Shown: positions 1-8,023 of the stretch, piece by piece
Position numbering within the stretch: position 1 is the stretch's first letter
Layout: every line of letters begins with the position of its first letter
Notes under the pieces: generated by a model
Databases searched by the model: none
What the model was told of the DNA's origin: nothing
The model's input: the letters and a program-made list of their open reading frames with translations, nothing else
From: an uncultured bacterium
Lineage (GTDB): Bacteria; Babelota; Babeliae; Babelales; Vermiphilaceae
Length of the DNA stretch: 64,000 nt
Reading direction: 5' to 3'
Assembly (NCBI GenBank): GCA_963727255.1
Contig: CAVSFC010000002.1
Location: 288,001-352,000 of the forward strand
Program-made: the position numbers and the translations under genes

Positions 1-54
1 AGAGACTACAAGAAGCGATAATCCAATGACCGCAAAACGGAAACGATAGAGCAT
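1..54 (-). CDS. 5' end of a probable secreted protein, running off the window edge
   Basis: Manual translation MLYRFRFAVIGLSLLVVS..., preceded by an AAGGA RBS; signal-peptide-like. Confidence 0.5.
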   Translation of the reverse strand, partial: MLYRFRFAVIGLSLLVVS

Positions 55-107
55 AACCAGTCCTTAGAAATTTGTATTAATATTCTGATAGATGAATAGT
101 TCTTTCA

Positions 108-142
108 TCTAAATATAAATGTTTTTGTTGGTAAGTAAATTC
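108..142. repeat. 35-bp perfect direct repeat, copy 1
   Basis: tctaaatataaatgtttttgttggtaagtaaattc, identical to 2092-2126. Confidence 0.9.
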
Positions 143-633
143 GAAAGCTAATAAACATGATTCAAAACTGCCTGTACCTCATATTGAAAATATTAAAAAG
201 TAAAAAAATTGAGTAGAGAATATCTTTTTTTAGTGTTGTGGGGATCATTTATGGTTAAGTTCAGCCAACTCATTCAAATTCTTTTCATAATCTTTTAAAT
301 GCAAAAAAGGCTTTTAAAATGGCGTTTATCTGCCCTATTTTATGTTCAAAGTTTAACGTAAGATCAAAAATATTTTTTCTTCCGATTCATTGATCTAGAA
401 ATGTTTTGCAAAATCCAAACCTGTGAAGTTTTCTCTTTAACTTTTAATTTTAATTTGGTAGTTTGTACCAAATTAAATGAAGCACTAGGAGATGGTAATA
501 AGCAGCAAGTTCATTTAAACAACTAAACTCTGAGGGGCTATCCATGATTATCTCATAACTTTTTCTTCTTACAAACAACAAGCATTCGTAAATTTATTTC
601 TTTTTATTTACTTCATATTATTGAGTTAGGAAC

Positions 634-917
634 ATGAAGAAACTATTATTTCTTACATTGTGCGTATTGCCACTTTCTGCAATGCAAAAATCTAAATATG
701 AATCATTACAAGAATATTCTCGTGCTGCTCAATAGGCGGGACATTTGGAGGTTCTCTGATTATGTCAGTGGCCGCGGCTCCTTTAGCAGTATATTTACCC
801 GTAATAGCTGGTGGAGCATTAGCTGGTGTTGGTGCAAAATATATTTATGATGTCGGTATGGAACATCTTTTAACTCCAAAAAAACAAGAACTCGTAGATC
901 AAACGAAAGGCAAATAA
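634..917 (+). CDS. Small secreted glycine-zipper protein, interrupted by one frameshift near 733
   Basis: AGGA RBS then MKKLLFLTLCVLPLSA|MQKSKYESLQEYSRAA; next frame continues IGGTFGGSLIMSVAAAPLAVYLPVIAGGALAGVGAKY...GK*; stop overlaps the next start (TAATG). Confidence 0.6.
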
Positions 918-1435
918 TGAAGAAACTATTATTAGCATTACTTTGTGTTCCAACAATCCATGCAATGGAATTAGTAGAAGCGCGTAATGTATCATCAGCA
1001 GATGAATCTTTAAAGCTGTATACCAATCATAAAGACATGTTTGTCGAAGATGATAATGCAGCATATCGTATAGAACGACACGCAATGAATAAAGATCTGC
1101 GCAATGTTCTTGCACATAAAGCCTTGAAGAAATTTAAAGATGCTGGATATATCCAAATCAATCAAGATGAGACTGGTAAATATGCGCTTGCTGCTCACGT
1201 TCGTGGATTGGGTGGTGGGGGAGTTGGAGCAACAATTGGTGTCATTGTTGGTAAAACTTTAACCTATGGCATATGTTATGGTGGTATTTGGGTTGCATCG
1301 TTAATTGCTGGGCCAGCGTCGACACCAACTGCATTAGTAGCAGGAAAAGTAGCGTCGCCATTTATAGAACTGGCCAGCAATAAAGTTGCCATTGGTTGCG
1401 GTATTCTTGGGGGAATATTGACAGGGCCCGTATAA
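917..1435 (+). CDS. Secreted protein: signal peptide, ~84-aa domain ending HVRGLGG, then a Gly-rich hydrophobic C-terminal region (bacteriocin/pore-former-like)
   Basis: ORF track 172 aa; MKKLLLALLCVPTIHA|ME; GxxxG-rich tail. Confidence 0.8.
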   Translation: MKKLLLALLCVPTIHAMELVEARNVSSADESLKLYTNHKDMFVEDDNAAYRIERHAMNKDLRNVLAHKALKKFKDAGYIQINQDETGKYALAAHVRGLGGGGVGATIGVIVGKTLTYGICYGGIWVASLIAGPASTPTALVAGKVASPFIELASNKVAIGCGILGGILTGPV

Positions 1436-1437
1436 TA

Positions 1438-1650
1438 ATGTTTTTTAAGAATCCAGAATATCAGCCATTTTTTGCAGAAGTTGGTGAAACATTCTTAATG
1501 ATTATTGCTTTGCAATTGTTATTAAATATTATTGGATATCGAGATTTTTTAGTAGAACAAAAGACAATTTGGTTAGTACTTGTCTGTTTGGTCACATATC
1601 TATTAAGTACTCTTGGTATCAATCTTCTGAAAAAAATATGTCCTGATTAA
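1438..1650 (+). CDS. Small 2-TM membrane protein (candidate immunity protein)
   Basis: 70 aa from ATG 1438, starting 2 nt after the upstream stop; two hydrophobic helices. Confidence 0.6.
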   Translation: MFFKNPEYQPFFAEVGETFLMIIALQLLLNIIGYRDFLVEQKTIWLVLVCLVTYLLSTLGINLLKKICPD

Positions 1651-1672
1651 TAACCATTATTATGAGAAATCC

Positions 1673-1695
1673 GCCCTCAGGTATTGCCTGGGGGC
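1673..1695 (+). terminator. Probable intrinsic terminator
   Basis: GCCCTCAGG-TATTG-CCTGGGGGC hairpin followed by T-rich sequence, downstream of the cassette. Confidence 0.5.
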
Positions 1696-1754
1696 CTAAT
1701 TTTGCAATGAAAGCAATATCTTTAATTCTTTAACTTTTGTTTGGCATTTCCAAA

Positions 1755-2049
1755 ATGGTAGATTTTTCTGCTCGATCATACAGAAAATAAAAGATTTTTA
1801 TATTCTGCCTTATTATTACCTACATAATGGTACATAACCTGTTTGCTCAATATTTTCACCTGCAAACATTGCCAACAATGATATGCCACTAGTATTTTAT
1901 CGGCCTTATTATTCGTCGCAATAGTTGTACCGTTAAGGCTTATTTCATTTAATGGAATATTTTTGTGTGGTGGGACTATTTTTGGATTGATAATGGGCAC
2001 TTATATGGCAAAAGCATTTTCTTGGTATTTCGATCTTAAATCAGAATAA
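1755..2049 (+). pseudogene. Decayed small membrane-protein gene
   Basis: The 1801 frame reads YSALLLPT*WYITCLLNIFTCKHCQQ*YATSILSALLFVAIVVPLRLISFNGIFLCGGTIFGLIMGTYMAKAFSWYFDLKSE*; hydrophobic, with two in-frame stops. Confidence 0.4.
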
Positions 2050-2091
2050 ACATGCTTCCTCGGCATACAGGCTTGAGCTAATAATCGGGCC

Positions 2092-2126
2092 TCTAAATAT
2101 AAATGTTTTTGTTGGTAAGTAAATTC
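2092..2126. repeat. 35-bp perfect direct repeat, copy 2
   Basis: Identical to 108-142. Confidence 0.9.
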
Positions 2127-2144
2127 TGGACCAAGAAATATAAT

Positions 2145-2178
2145 TAAAAAAATCGGGCAGGAATAAAATCCTGCCCGA
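2145..2178 (-). terminator. Intrinsic terminator
   Basis: TCGGGCAGGA/TCCTGCCCGA stem with a U-run on the minus strand, after CDS 2205-3119. Confidence 0.75.
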
Positions 2179-2204
2179 CTGGCCCCGATATACATGAAGG
2201 ACTT

Positions 2205-3119
2205 CTATACAATCAAAATATCGTCTTTAATAGATTGATATGCTTTGGCGAGACGTTTGACTGTTTTTTCACTCAATTCATAGCGATCTTCCGTTAATTG
2301 GCAAGGAGTATCCATAATAAATTCGAGATCGATCTCTTCATCGCTTTCGCCTGAATCATCGGCAGCAACAACCTTCACAGAGCCATTCACCAGTGAGAGC
2401 GGAACAACGGCAATCGTGGTTAGATTTGTGGGGCGCGATTCGAATGATGCTGTATGGGGTGATGCAAAAGGTGCAGGTAAAACCAGCACACAAATATTTT
2501 GCTCAGTTTCAGTTTGGTGTTCCTTATGTTCGTGTTCGTCACCATGGGCCAAATAATGTGCTGCAGCTTTTACCGCACCAATTGGTTTTTGAACCATAAC
2601 GGTATAGACCTTTTGTGCGCCAGACTTTGTTGCTTGCACAACATCATTGCCCGCATCGGCAAATTGCCCGCCAAGATCAGAAATCTCTTGTTTTGTTTCT
2701 TGCACAAATTCAGAATTTGCAATCGTATGTGCAGTATCCTTAATTTTGTGTATAGGCTTTCTGATCACAACGTTATATGCAGCTTTCGCGCCTTTTTTTA
2801 CACCTTCAACTGCTTTTAGGGCTCCATTTTTAATTGCAATTCCGGTTTTGACGGGCGCTTCTATAACCAGTTCCTTTGCAGCATTTTTCAACTCAGCGGG
2901 AGCATCGGAATTGTATACCGCTATCGCCACATCTTTTCCAAGATCTTTTGTTGCAACAGCACCTTTGACGATCGCATCTTTTGGAGTCTGAATCAATGCT
3001 TCATAAAACTGATGAGTAACATTATGAGTATTATGCACATGAGCACATTCATCACCCAATACAACGATATTGAAGAGAAAAATGGTAAGCCCCATTAATA
3101 GTATGATAAATTTCTTCAT
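2205..3119 (-). CDS. Secreted LEA/apolipophorin-like amphipathic repeat protein
   Basis: Signal peptide; A/K-rich helical repeats; motif SEFVQETKQEISDLGGQFADA. Confidence 0.7.
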   Translation of the reverse strand: MKKFIILLMGLTIFLFNIVVLGDECAHVHNTHNVTHQFYEALIQTPKDAIVKGAVATKDLGKDVAIAVYNSDAPAELKNAAKELVIEAPVKTGIAIKNGALKAVEGVKKGAKAAYNVVIRKPIHKIKDTAHTIANSEFVQETKQEISDLGGQFADAGNDVVQATKSGAQKVYTVMVQKPIGAVKAAAHYLAHGDEHEHKEHQTETEQNICVLVLPAPFASPHTASFESRPTNLTTIAVVPLSLVNGSVKVVAADDSGESDEEIDLEFIMDTPCQLTEDRYELSEKTVKRLAKAYQSIKDDILIV

Positions 3120-3147
3120 GGTAATTCCTTATGATTAAATATCTCAA

Positions 3148-3681
3148 TTATGAACGTTTTGCGCGCTCTTTAGCTTTTACGAAATCATCCTTCACTTCCA
3201 TCGCACCTTCTTGCAATACATGTCCGATTTCAGTTGCCTTTTCTCTGATCGTGTTTCCTGCACGAACGGCTACTTCTTTGGTTAATTGGCCCGCTTTGGA
3301 AGCGATATCCTTAGCATCATCGATAGTTTCCTCAGTTTTTTGTTTTACCTTGTGAACGGAGCATTTAGATTTATCGCATGCACAATTGGCTGCGTTTTTT
3401 ACTGATTGACCGGTCTTTGAGTTCTGAATTTTGTTTTTTGCATCAGTCATATCTTCTCCTATGTTCTGAGCAGTTTCAGTCATATTTTCTTTAATTTCAG
3501 ATGCACCTTTTTTAACATCATTAACCACTTTGCGTGAGGTATCTTTTCCAACCTCTTTGCTTACGGTGCGTGCATCACTGGTATTTACGTGATCTTGAGG
3601 CGCATGCTTGATGCATCGGCATTCTGCATGTGCCATGGTGATTACTGAAAAGAGTGCGGCAAGAGTCATGAATTTTTTCAT
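3148..3681 (-). CDS. Secreted LEA-like (hydrophilin-type) protein
   Basis: Start re-called at MKKFMTLAALFSVITMAHA with AAGGA RBS; K/E/A/T-rich helical repeats. Confidence 0.7.
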   Translation of the reverse strand: MKKFMTLAALFSVITMAHAECRCIKHAPQDHVNTSDARTVSKEVGKDTSRKVVNDVKKGASEIKENMTETAQNIGEDMTDAKNKIQNSKTGQSVKNAANCACDKSKCSVHKVKQKTEETIDDAKDIASKAGQLTKEVAVRAGNTIREKATEIGHVLQEGAMEVKDDFVKAKERAKRS

Positions 3682-3885
3682 GATAATTCCTTTAAATATG
3701 AGAAAGTTATGCGTAAATGCGCAGAGCCAACATTTTGTTGAGATTCTGAATAGTACATTTACCAAAAATGATAATTGTTAACAGTGGCCGTAATGAGTAT
3801 GCGTTGATATCAGTAAGGCATTTTTTGCGGTGACGTGCGTGTAAACACAGTTTTGATTTTTACCCGCAAACTAAAGAACGGGTAA

Positions 3886-4023
3886 TCAGATGCTAATTTT
3901 GGGCTTGTCCCCAGAGAAAGGAAATATCTTCATTGCTCTCGTGGATTTCTCAGACTCATTTGAGTTAGATATGATGCCGGTTGCATGGCATGCATTGCGT
4001 AGAATAGGAGTTTTGTAATTCAT
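3886..4023 (-). CDS. Possible small ORF (45 aa) or gene remnant
   Basis: Strong AAGGAG RBS upstream of ATG 4023; MNYKTPILRNACHATG...; below the ORF-track size cutoff. Confidence 0.25.
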   Translation of the reverse strand: MNYKTPILRNACHATGIISNSNESEKSTRAMKIFPFSGDKPKISI

Positions 4024-4335
4024 AAGATTTGCTCCTTATGATTGAGTGGTATTTAGTGTTTAACCTAGAACTACTATAGCAGAAAACTTTTATAAAAACA
4101 AATTTTTCTTTCACCCAGCCTGTAAAAAAAATTTAAAATTTCATATAGAACAAAATCGTATAAATGTTGATCCATGGCTCTTTGAAACAACAATTCACCA
4201 TTTCTACCTGCTAAAGGAGTGATTGAGAACTTTTTAATACACCAGAAAACCTCTATAGACCAATCCCATTCACAAAAAGCTGAGTATGCTCTTAAAAATA
4301 CGTATTGAAAAGTCTCGAGCGCCTCTGCGTTGGAA

Positions 4336-4370
4336 ATAAAAAAAGGGAACTATCGAATGATAGTTCCCTT
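4336..4370 (-). terminator. Intrinsic terminator
   Basis: AAGGGAACTATC-GAAT-GATAGTTCCCTT perfect stem plus U-run on the minus strand. Confidence 0.85.
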
Positions 4371-4394
4371 AAAGAATTAAAATCTCATTAAGAT

Positions 4395-6584
4395 TTAAAT
4401 ATCAAAGTTAATATCAGTAATTTGCTCATTCAAAATATCATTAGCAACGTTACTGGTGCTTATTCCCGGTTCTAATTTGAACGGACGGATCAGGTTCCCC
4501 GCATCATCTTTCAGAACATCTACTTTCATATTCTTAATAACTGCCGCATTGTTTTTTTCCAATTCAGTAAGAAGCGGAAAGTGTGTTGCAAGAATATAAA
4601 GATTGTTTTCAAGCCCTGCCAGTTTTTCTGCAACTTTATAAGCAGCATTAGCAGCTTTTTCAGATCCGGTTCCGGTGAATAGTTCATCAATTACAATGAA
4701 ACCAAATTGATCTTTACCAAGCGCATTCATAGTATCGCAAAGCATTTTTGCACGCATTACTTCTGCTTTGAATTTAGATTCACCCAATGCAGTATCATCA
4801 TTAACGCGCAAATAGCTGCCAATAAAAGCAAATGGAGAAACCGTCATATTTCTTGCAGGGGCAATACCAAATATATGGCTCATGAGCAAGCTCATCATAA
4901 TTGCTTTAAGAATCGTTGATTTACCGCCGGTATTTGAACCGGTCAAGATTACTTTAGCTGCATCAGCGCCTTCTCCAAGCTCAAGAGAATTGCTTACCGC
5001 AACTTTATAATCCACAAATGGATTCCAGAAATCTTTGATATTGAGCATTGGTTTTGCAGTTTCTACAAAATCAACAAAGCAGTAGCCAACACGCTCATTG
5101 CGCATCTTTTTATATAATTTTGCAGCTGCAAGGCAGGCATCAATCTCACCCAATGCTGCAAGAGCCGGCGCAAATTGTTCTTTTTCTTCGATCATTAATC
5201 GATTTGCTGCCAATACCCGGCCCGATAAAGAAAAGAATGATGCGCTATCTTTAAAGGTGCTTGTTTGAAGCAATTCAATTAATTTTGCAAAATCTGATGT
5301 TTGCGAATCATTGAAGAGCTTTTCAAGATCATCAAAATGCAAGAGCCCATTTATCAAATCAGTATATGGCTTGATCACATCTTTTAATTGCTTGCATGCA
5401 TCAACGATCGATGCAACATCAATTAAACGTGTTTGTAAATAATTGATTGCATTTTTGGTTTGAGCGGCATTTTCAATGGCTCCTTTAACAAGGGAAACTT
5501 TATAAGCAAAAATAGCCGCAAAAACCACGTCCTTGAATATCAATCCTCCAATAGCTCCCTTTTTCATAACAGCAAGCTCTTCAGGCGTTTTAGGCATTCC
5601 CTTTTTTTCTTGCAATCGAGCAATTTTTTTGAGCTTACTATCAATATCTCTGAATTCATTAACATATGCACGCGGATCTAAGCATGATGCATACCATTTA
5701 CTTGTACTAATTATGGCATCTTTAAAACTATCTTTAATCTCAACTGGCTCTCCCAGAGCATCTATTGGCCTGCCGTTTTGATCAACTTCTAAGAATTTAT
5801 TAATATTTTTTGCAATTACATAGTTCAGTAGAGTTAGCAAAACAAAATCACCACCTATTTTAGCCGCCGTCCAAAAATTATCTAAACGTGTAAGCGTTTC
5901 TAAGGCATAGGGATTTTCATTGAACTTGCTTAACCCTAAACGAGAAAAATAGAGACCTTTAAAGATTTTTTCGCTCACCGGATCATTCGTTTGCCAATAT
6001 GAGAAAAATCCTGCTTCAGCTTTTTTTACTCGTTTCATGATTGCAGACAGCTCATTAAAAAGCATTTCATCTTCAACCAATTTTTTTATGAGTGCTTGAC
6101 GATTTTTAAGAGTCTTAATGTCTAAGAATGGATGCGCAAAGAGATAAGCAAGCTCAGCCTCGCCAAAGACAGTTTTACATTCGAATTCGTTCATTACTGT
6201 TTTCTTAGGGTCACGACCACTGCCATAATAGACATCAAGATCTTTTAATGTTACCCGAAGGGCTTCATTAATTAATGAATTTGAAGCTTCCTGTTTTTCA
6301 TTGCGTGCTTGAATTTCAAAAATGCGCTGGCGCTTTTCATGCTCAGATAATACCGGAAAGGTAAAATCTAGTTTATTTTTTCCTTTTTTACCGGTTTGTG
6401 AATTAGTTGAAGGCTTTGGCTGTGCTTCTACAACCCCAAAGGAATTTAGATAGCTATCGCCAACCTCCTGATAGGTAATTTGAGTATTTTTCTGTTCTGA
6501 TTGTGTGGCTGCGCTTATTGTTGGGCAAAGCGTACCAATGACAAAAAATGCGGTCATTAAACGTAATGATAAGCGTTTATGCAT
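4395..6584 (-). CDS. MutS-related ATPase (domain III/V type) with an N-terminal signal peptide
   Basis: Walker A ILTGSNTGGKST, GESKFKAEV, Walker B IVIDELFTGT, ATHF; no mismatch-binding domain I recognised; start re-called at MHKRLSL. Confidence 0.85.
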   Translation of the reverse strand: MHKRLSLRLMTAFFVIGTLCPTISAATQSEQKNTQITYQEVGDSYLNSFGVVEAQPKPSTNSQTGKKGKNKLDFTFPVLSEHEKRQRIFEIQARNEKQEASNSLINEALRVTLKDLDVYYGSGRDPKKTVMNEFECKTVFGEAELAYLFAHPFLDIKTLKNRQALIKKLVEDEMLFNELSAIMKRVKKAEAGFFSYWQTNDPVSEKIFKGLYFSRLGLSKFNENPYALETLTRLDNFWTAAKIGGDFVLLTLLNYVIAKNINKFLEVDQNGRPIDALGEPVEIKDSFKDAIISTSKWYASCLDPRAYVNEFRDIDSKLKKIARLQEKKGMPKTPEELAVMKKGAIGGLIFKDVVFAAIFAYKVSLVKGAIENAAQTKNAINYLQTRLIDVASIVDACKQLKDVIKPYTDLINGLLHFDDLEKLFNDSQTSDFAKLIELLQTSTFKDSASFFSLSGRVLAANRLMIEEKEQFAPALAALGEIDACLAAAKLYKKMRNERVGYCFVDFVETAKPMLNIKDFWNPFVDYKVAVSNSLELGEGADAAKVILTGSNTGGKSTILKAIMMSLLMSHIFGIAPARNMTVSPFAFIGSYLRVNDDTALGESKFKAEVMRAKMLCDTMNALGKDQFGFIVIDELFTGTGSEKAANAAYKVAEKLAGLENNLYILATHFPLLTELEKNNAAVIKNMKVDVLKDDAGNLIRPFKLEPGISTSNVANDILNEQITDINFDI

Positions 6585-6751
6585 GAGATCCCCTAAAAGA
6601 AGTGTTAATTTGCAAGTCAAAAACAATTAAATAACTATAAAGATATTGGAACAAATGGCAAGAAATACCTGATTAAAAAGGGCTTAGCTACGAAGAATAA
6701 GCTTCGCAATTCAAGTTATTACAATTAGAAAATATTTCAGATATAAATTTT

Positions 6752-6780
6752 TTGACAAATGCACCTTTGTTTACTATAGT
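6752..6780 (+). promoter_or_regulatory. Sigma70-type promoter
   Basis: TTGACA-17 bp-TATAGT upstream of the hydrolase gene. Confidence 0.6.
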
Positions 6781-6788
6781 TAATACGA

Positions 6789-7922
6789 ATGTTCTCCCAA
6801 AATGTGAGGTTTTCTATGATATCCCGAATTTTTACCCCCTTTATTATTACTTTGAGTTTTTTAAGTATTCCGCTTACAGCCAAAACGCCTGATTTAACCA
6901 TTGAAAATCTTAATACTCAAACTCTAAATCCCGCAACTGCAATCAATGGGCAAAAGGTAAAATACATTGCCGATTGGTTTGAAACAATCAAGAAGAAAGG
7001 CATTCCCAACCAAGGGATCGCTTACGTTCCTACCAATAAATTGAGCAGCTGTTGGCAATTTAAAAAAGGGATTCCTTCAGGCCAGAAAGAGCCGATCTTT
7101 ATTCATTCATGCCCGCGTGATAACTTTAAAGGACGCTTAATTCATGGCAGAACCGGCCATAGCTTCCGCTGCACCAATGCGTGGCTTAAAAATTCAATAA
7201 TCAATGGAACCTTTGTTACCTTTGATTATTTCTTTGATGGAAAAGATTTTGATTTAGGCCAGGGAATCAATATCGATGCATTGAAGAAAATATACTCTGA
7301 AGTTATCAACAAAAATCCACAGGCTCCCATCATAATTGCAGCAACCTGCATTGGCGCAAAAATCGCATTAGAATTTGCCGTTACTCATAATCCCGAGCAT
7401 GTTAAAGCGATGATTTTAGAATCACCATTTATTGATGTAAAAAATGTGGTGTATAACTTAGGTAAAAATTATTTAAACTGGTTTCCTTTTGCTGATACAT
7501 CTAATAAAGCCAGCATGATTCAATCAATCATTGAATTGTATGCTCCGCATTGCAAGGAGACCATCAATCTTCCCCATGCAAATCTGAACAAAATTAATCC
7601 AAATATTCCACTCTTCATTGCACATTTAAAGAATGATTCAATGTGCTCAGATGAACAAATGTATCAGTTGGTTGCTGATCTTCGCAAAAGCGGTAACACA
7701 AACATCTATCTTTTAGTCTTGCAAGATACCAAAACCAAGCATGGCCATTTAAATCAGAAAAAAGAGTTCTCACAAGCTGCTAATGCCTTTTTAGCCGAGC
7801 ATAATCTCCCGCACGATAAACAACTGGCAGCTGAAGGGAAGGCCATTCTTGCCGATGCAAAATATACTGCCCAAGCCTCTGTTGCCGATTGGAAAATTGT
7901 TGTGAGCGAGAAAAAAGGATAG
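6789..7922 (+). CDS. Secreted alpha/beta-hydrolase-fold protein
   Basis: Signal peptide; nucleophile elbow IIIAATCIGA, AMILESPF, candidate Asp (NDSMC) and His (HGHL). Confidence 0.7.
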   Translation: MFSQNVRFSMISRIFTPFIITLSFLSIPLTAKTPDLTIENLNTQTLNPATAINGQKVKYIADWFETIKKKGIPNQGIAYVPTNKLSSCWQFKKGIPSGQKEPIFIHSCPRDNFKGRLIHGRTGHSFRCTNAWLKNSIINGTFVTFDYFFDGKDFDLGQGINIDALKKIYSEVINKNPQAPIIIAATCIGAKIALEFAVTHNPEHVKAMILESPFIDVKNVVYNLGKNYLNWFPFADTSNKASMIQSIIELYAPHCKETINLPHANLNKINPNIPLFIAHLKNDSMCSDEQMYQLVADLRKSGNTNIYLLVLQDTKTKHGHLNQKKEFSQAANAFLAEHNLPHDKQLAAEGKAILADAKYTAQASVADWKIVVSEKKG

Positions 7923-8023
7923 CGGCTTAGCTCCGTACTTTTTCTAGGTTCAGATTCACGCAATAAGCATTTTCTTGACAAGTAAGCATATTTTGGCATC
8001 CTATTAGTTGGAGGCCATCAATC

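Noticed and set aside
323..378. XerD-arm-like words (TTATGTTCAAA, GTTTAACGTAA) as a dif site
   Set aside because: No XerC arm at 6-bp spacing, the background is AT-rich, and the site is near the inferred origin rather than the terminus.
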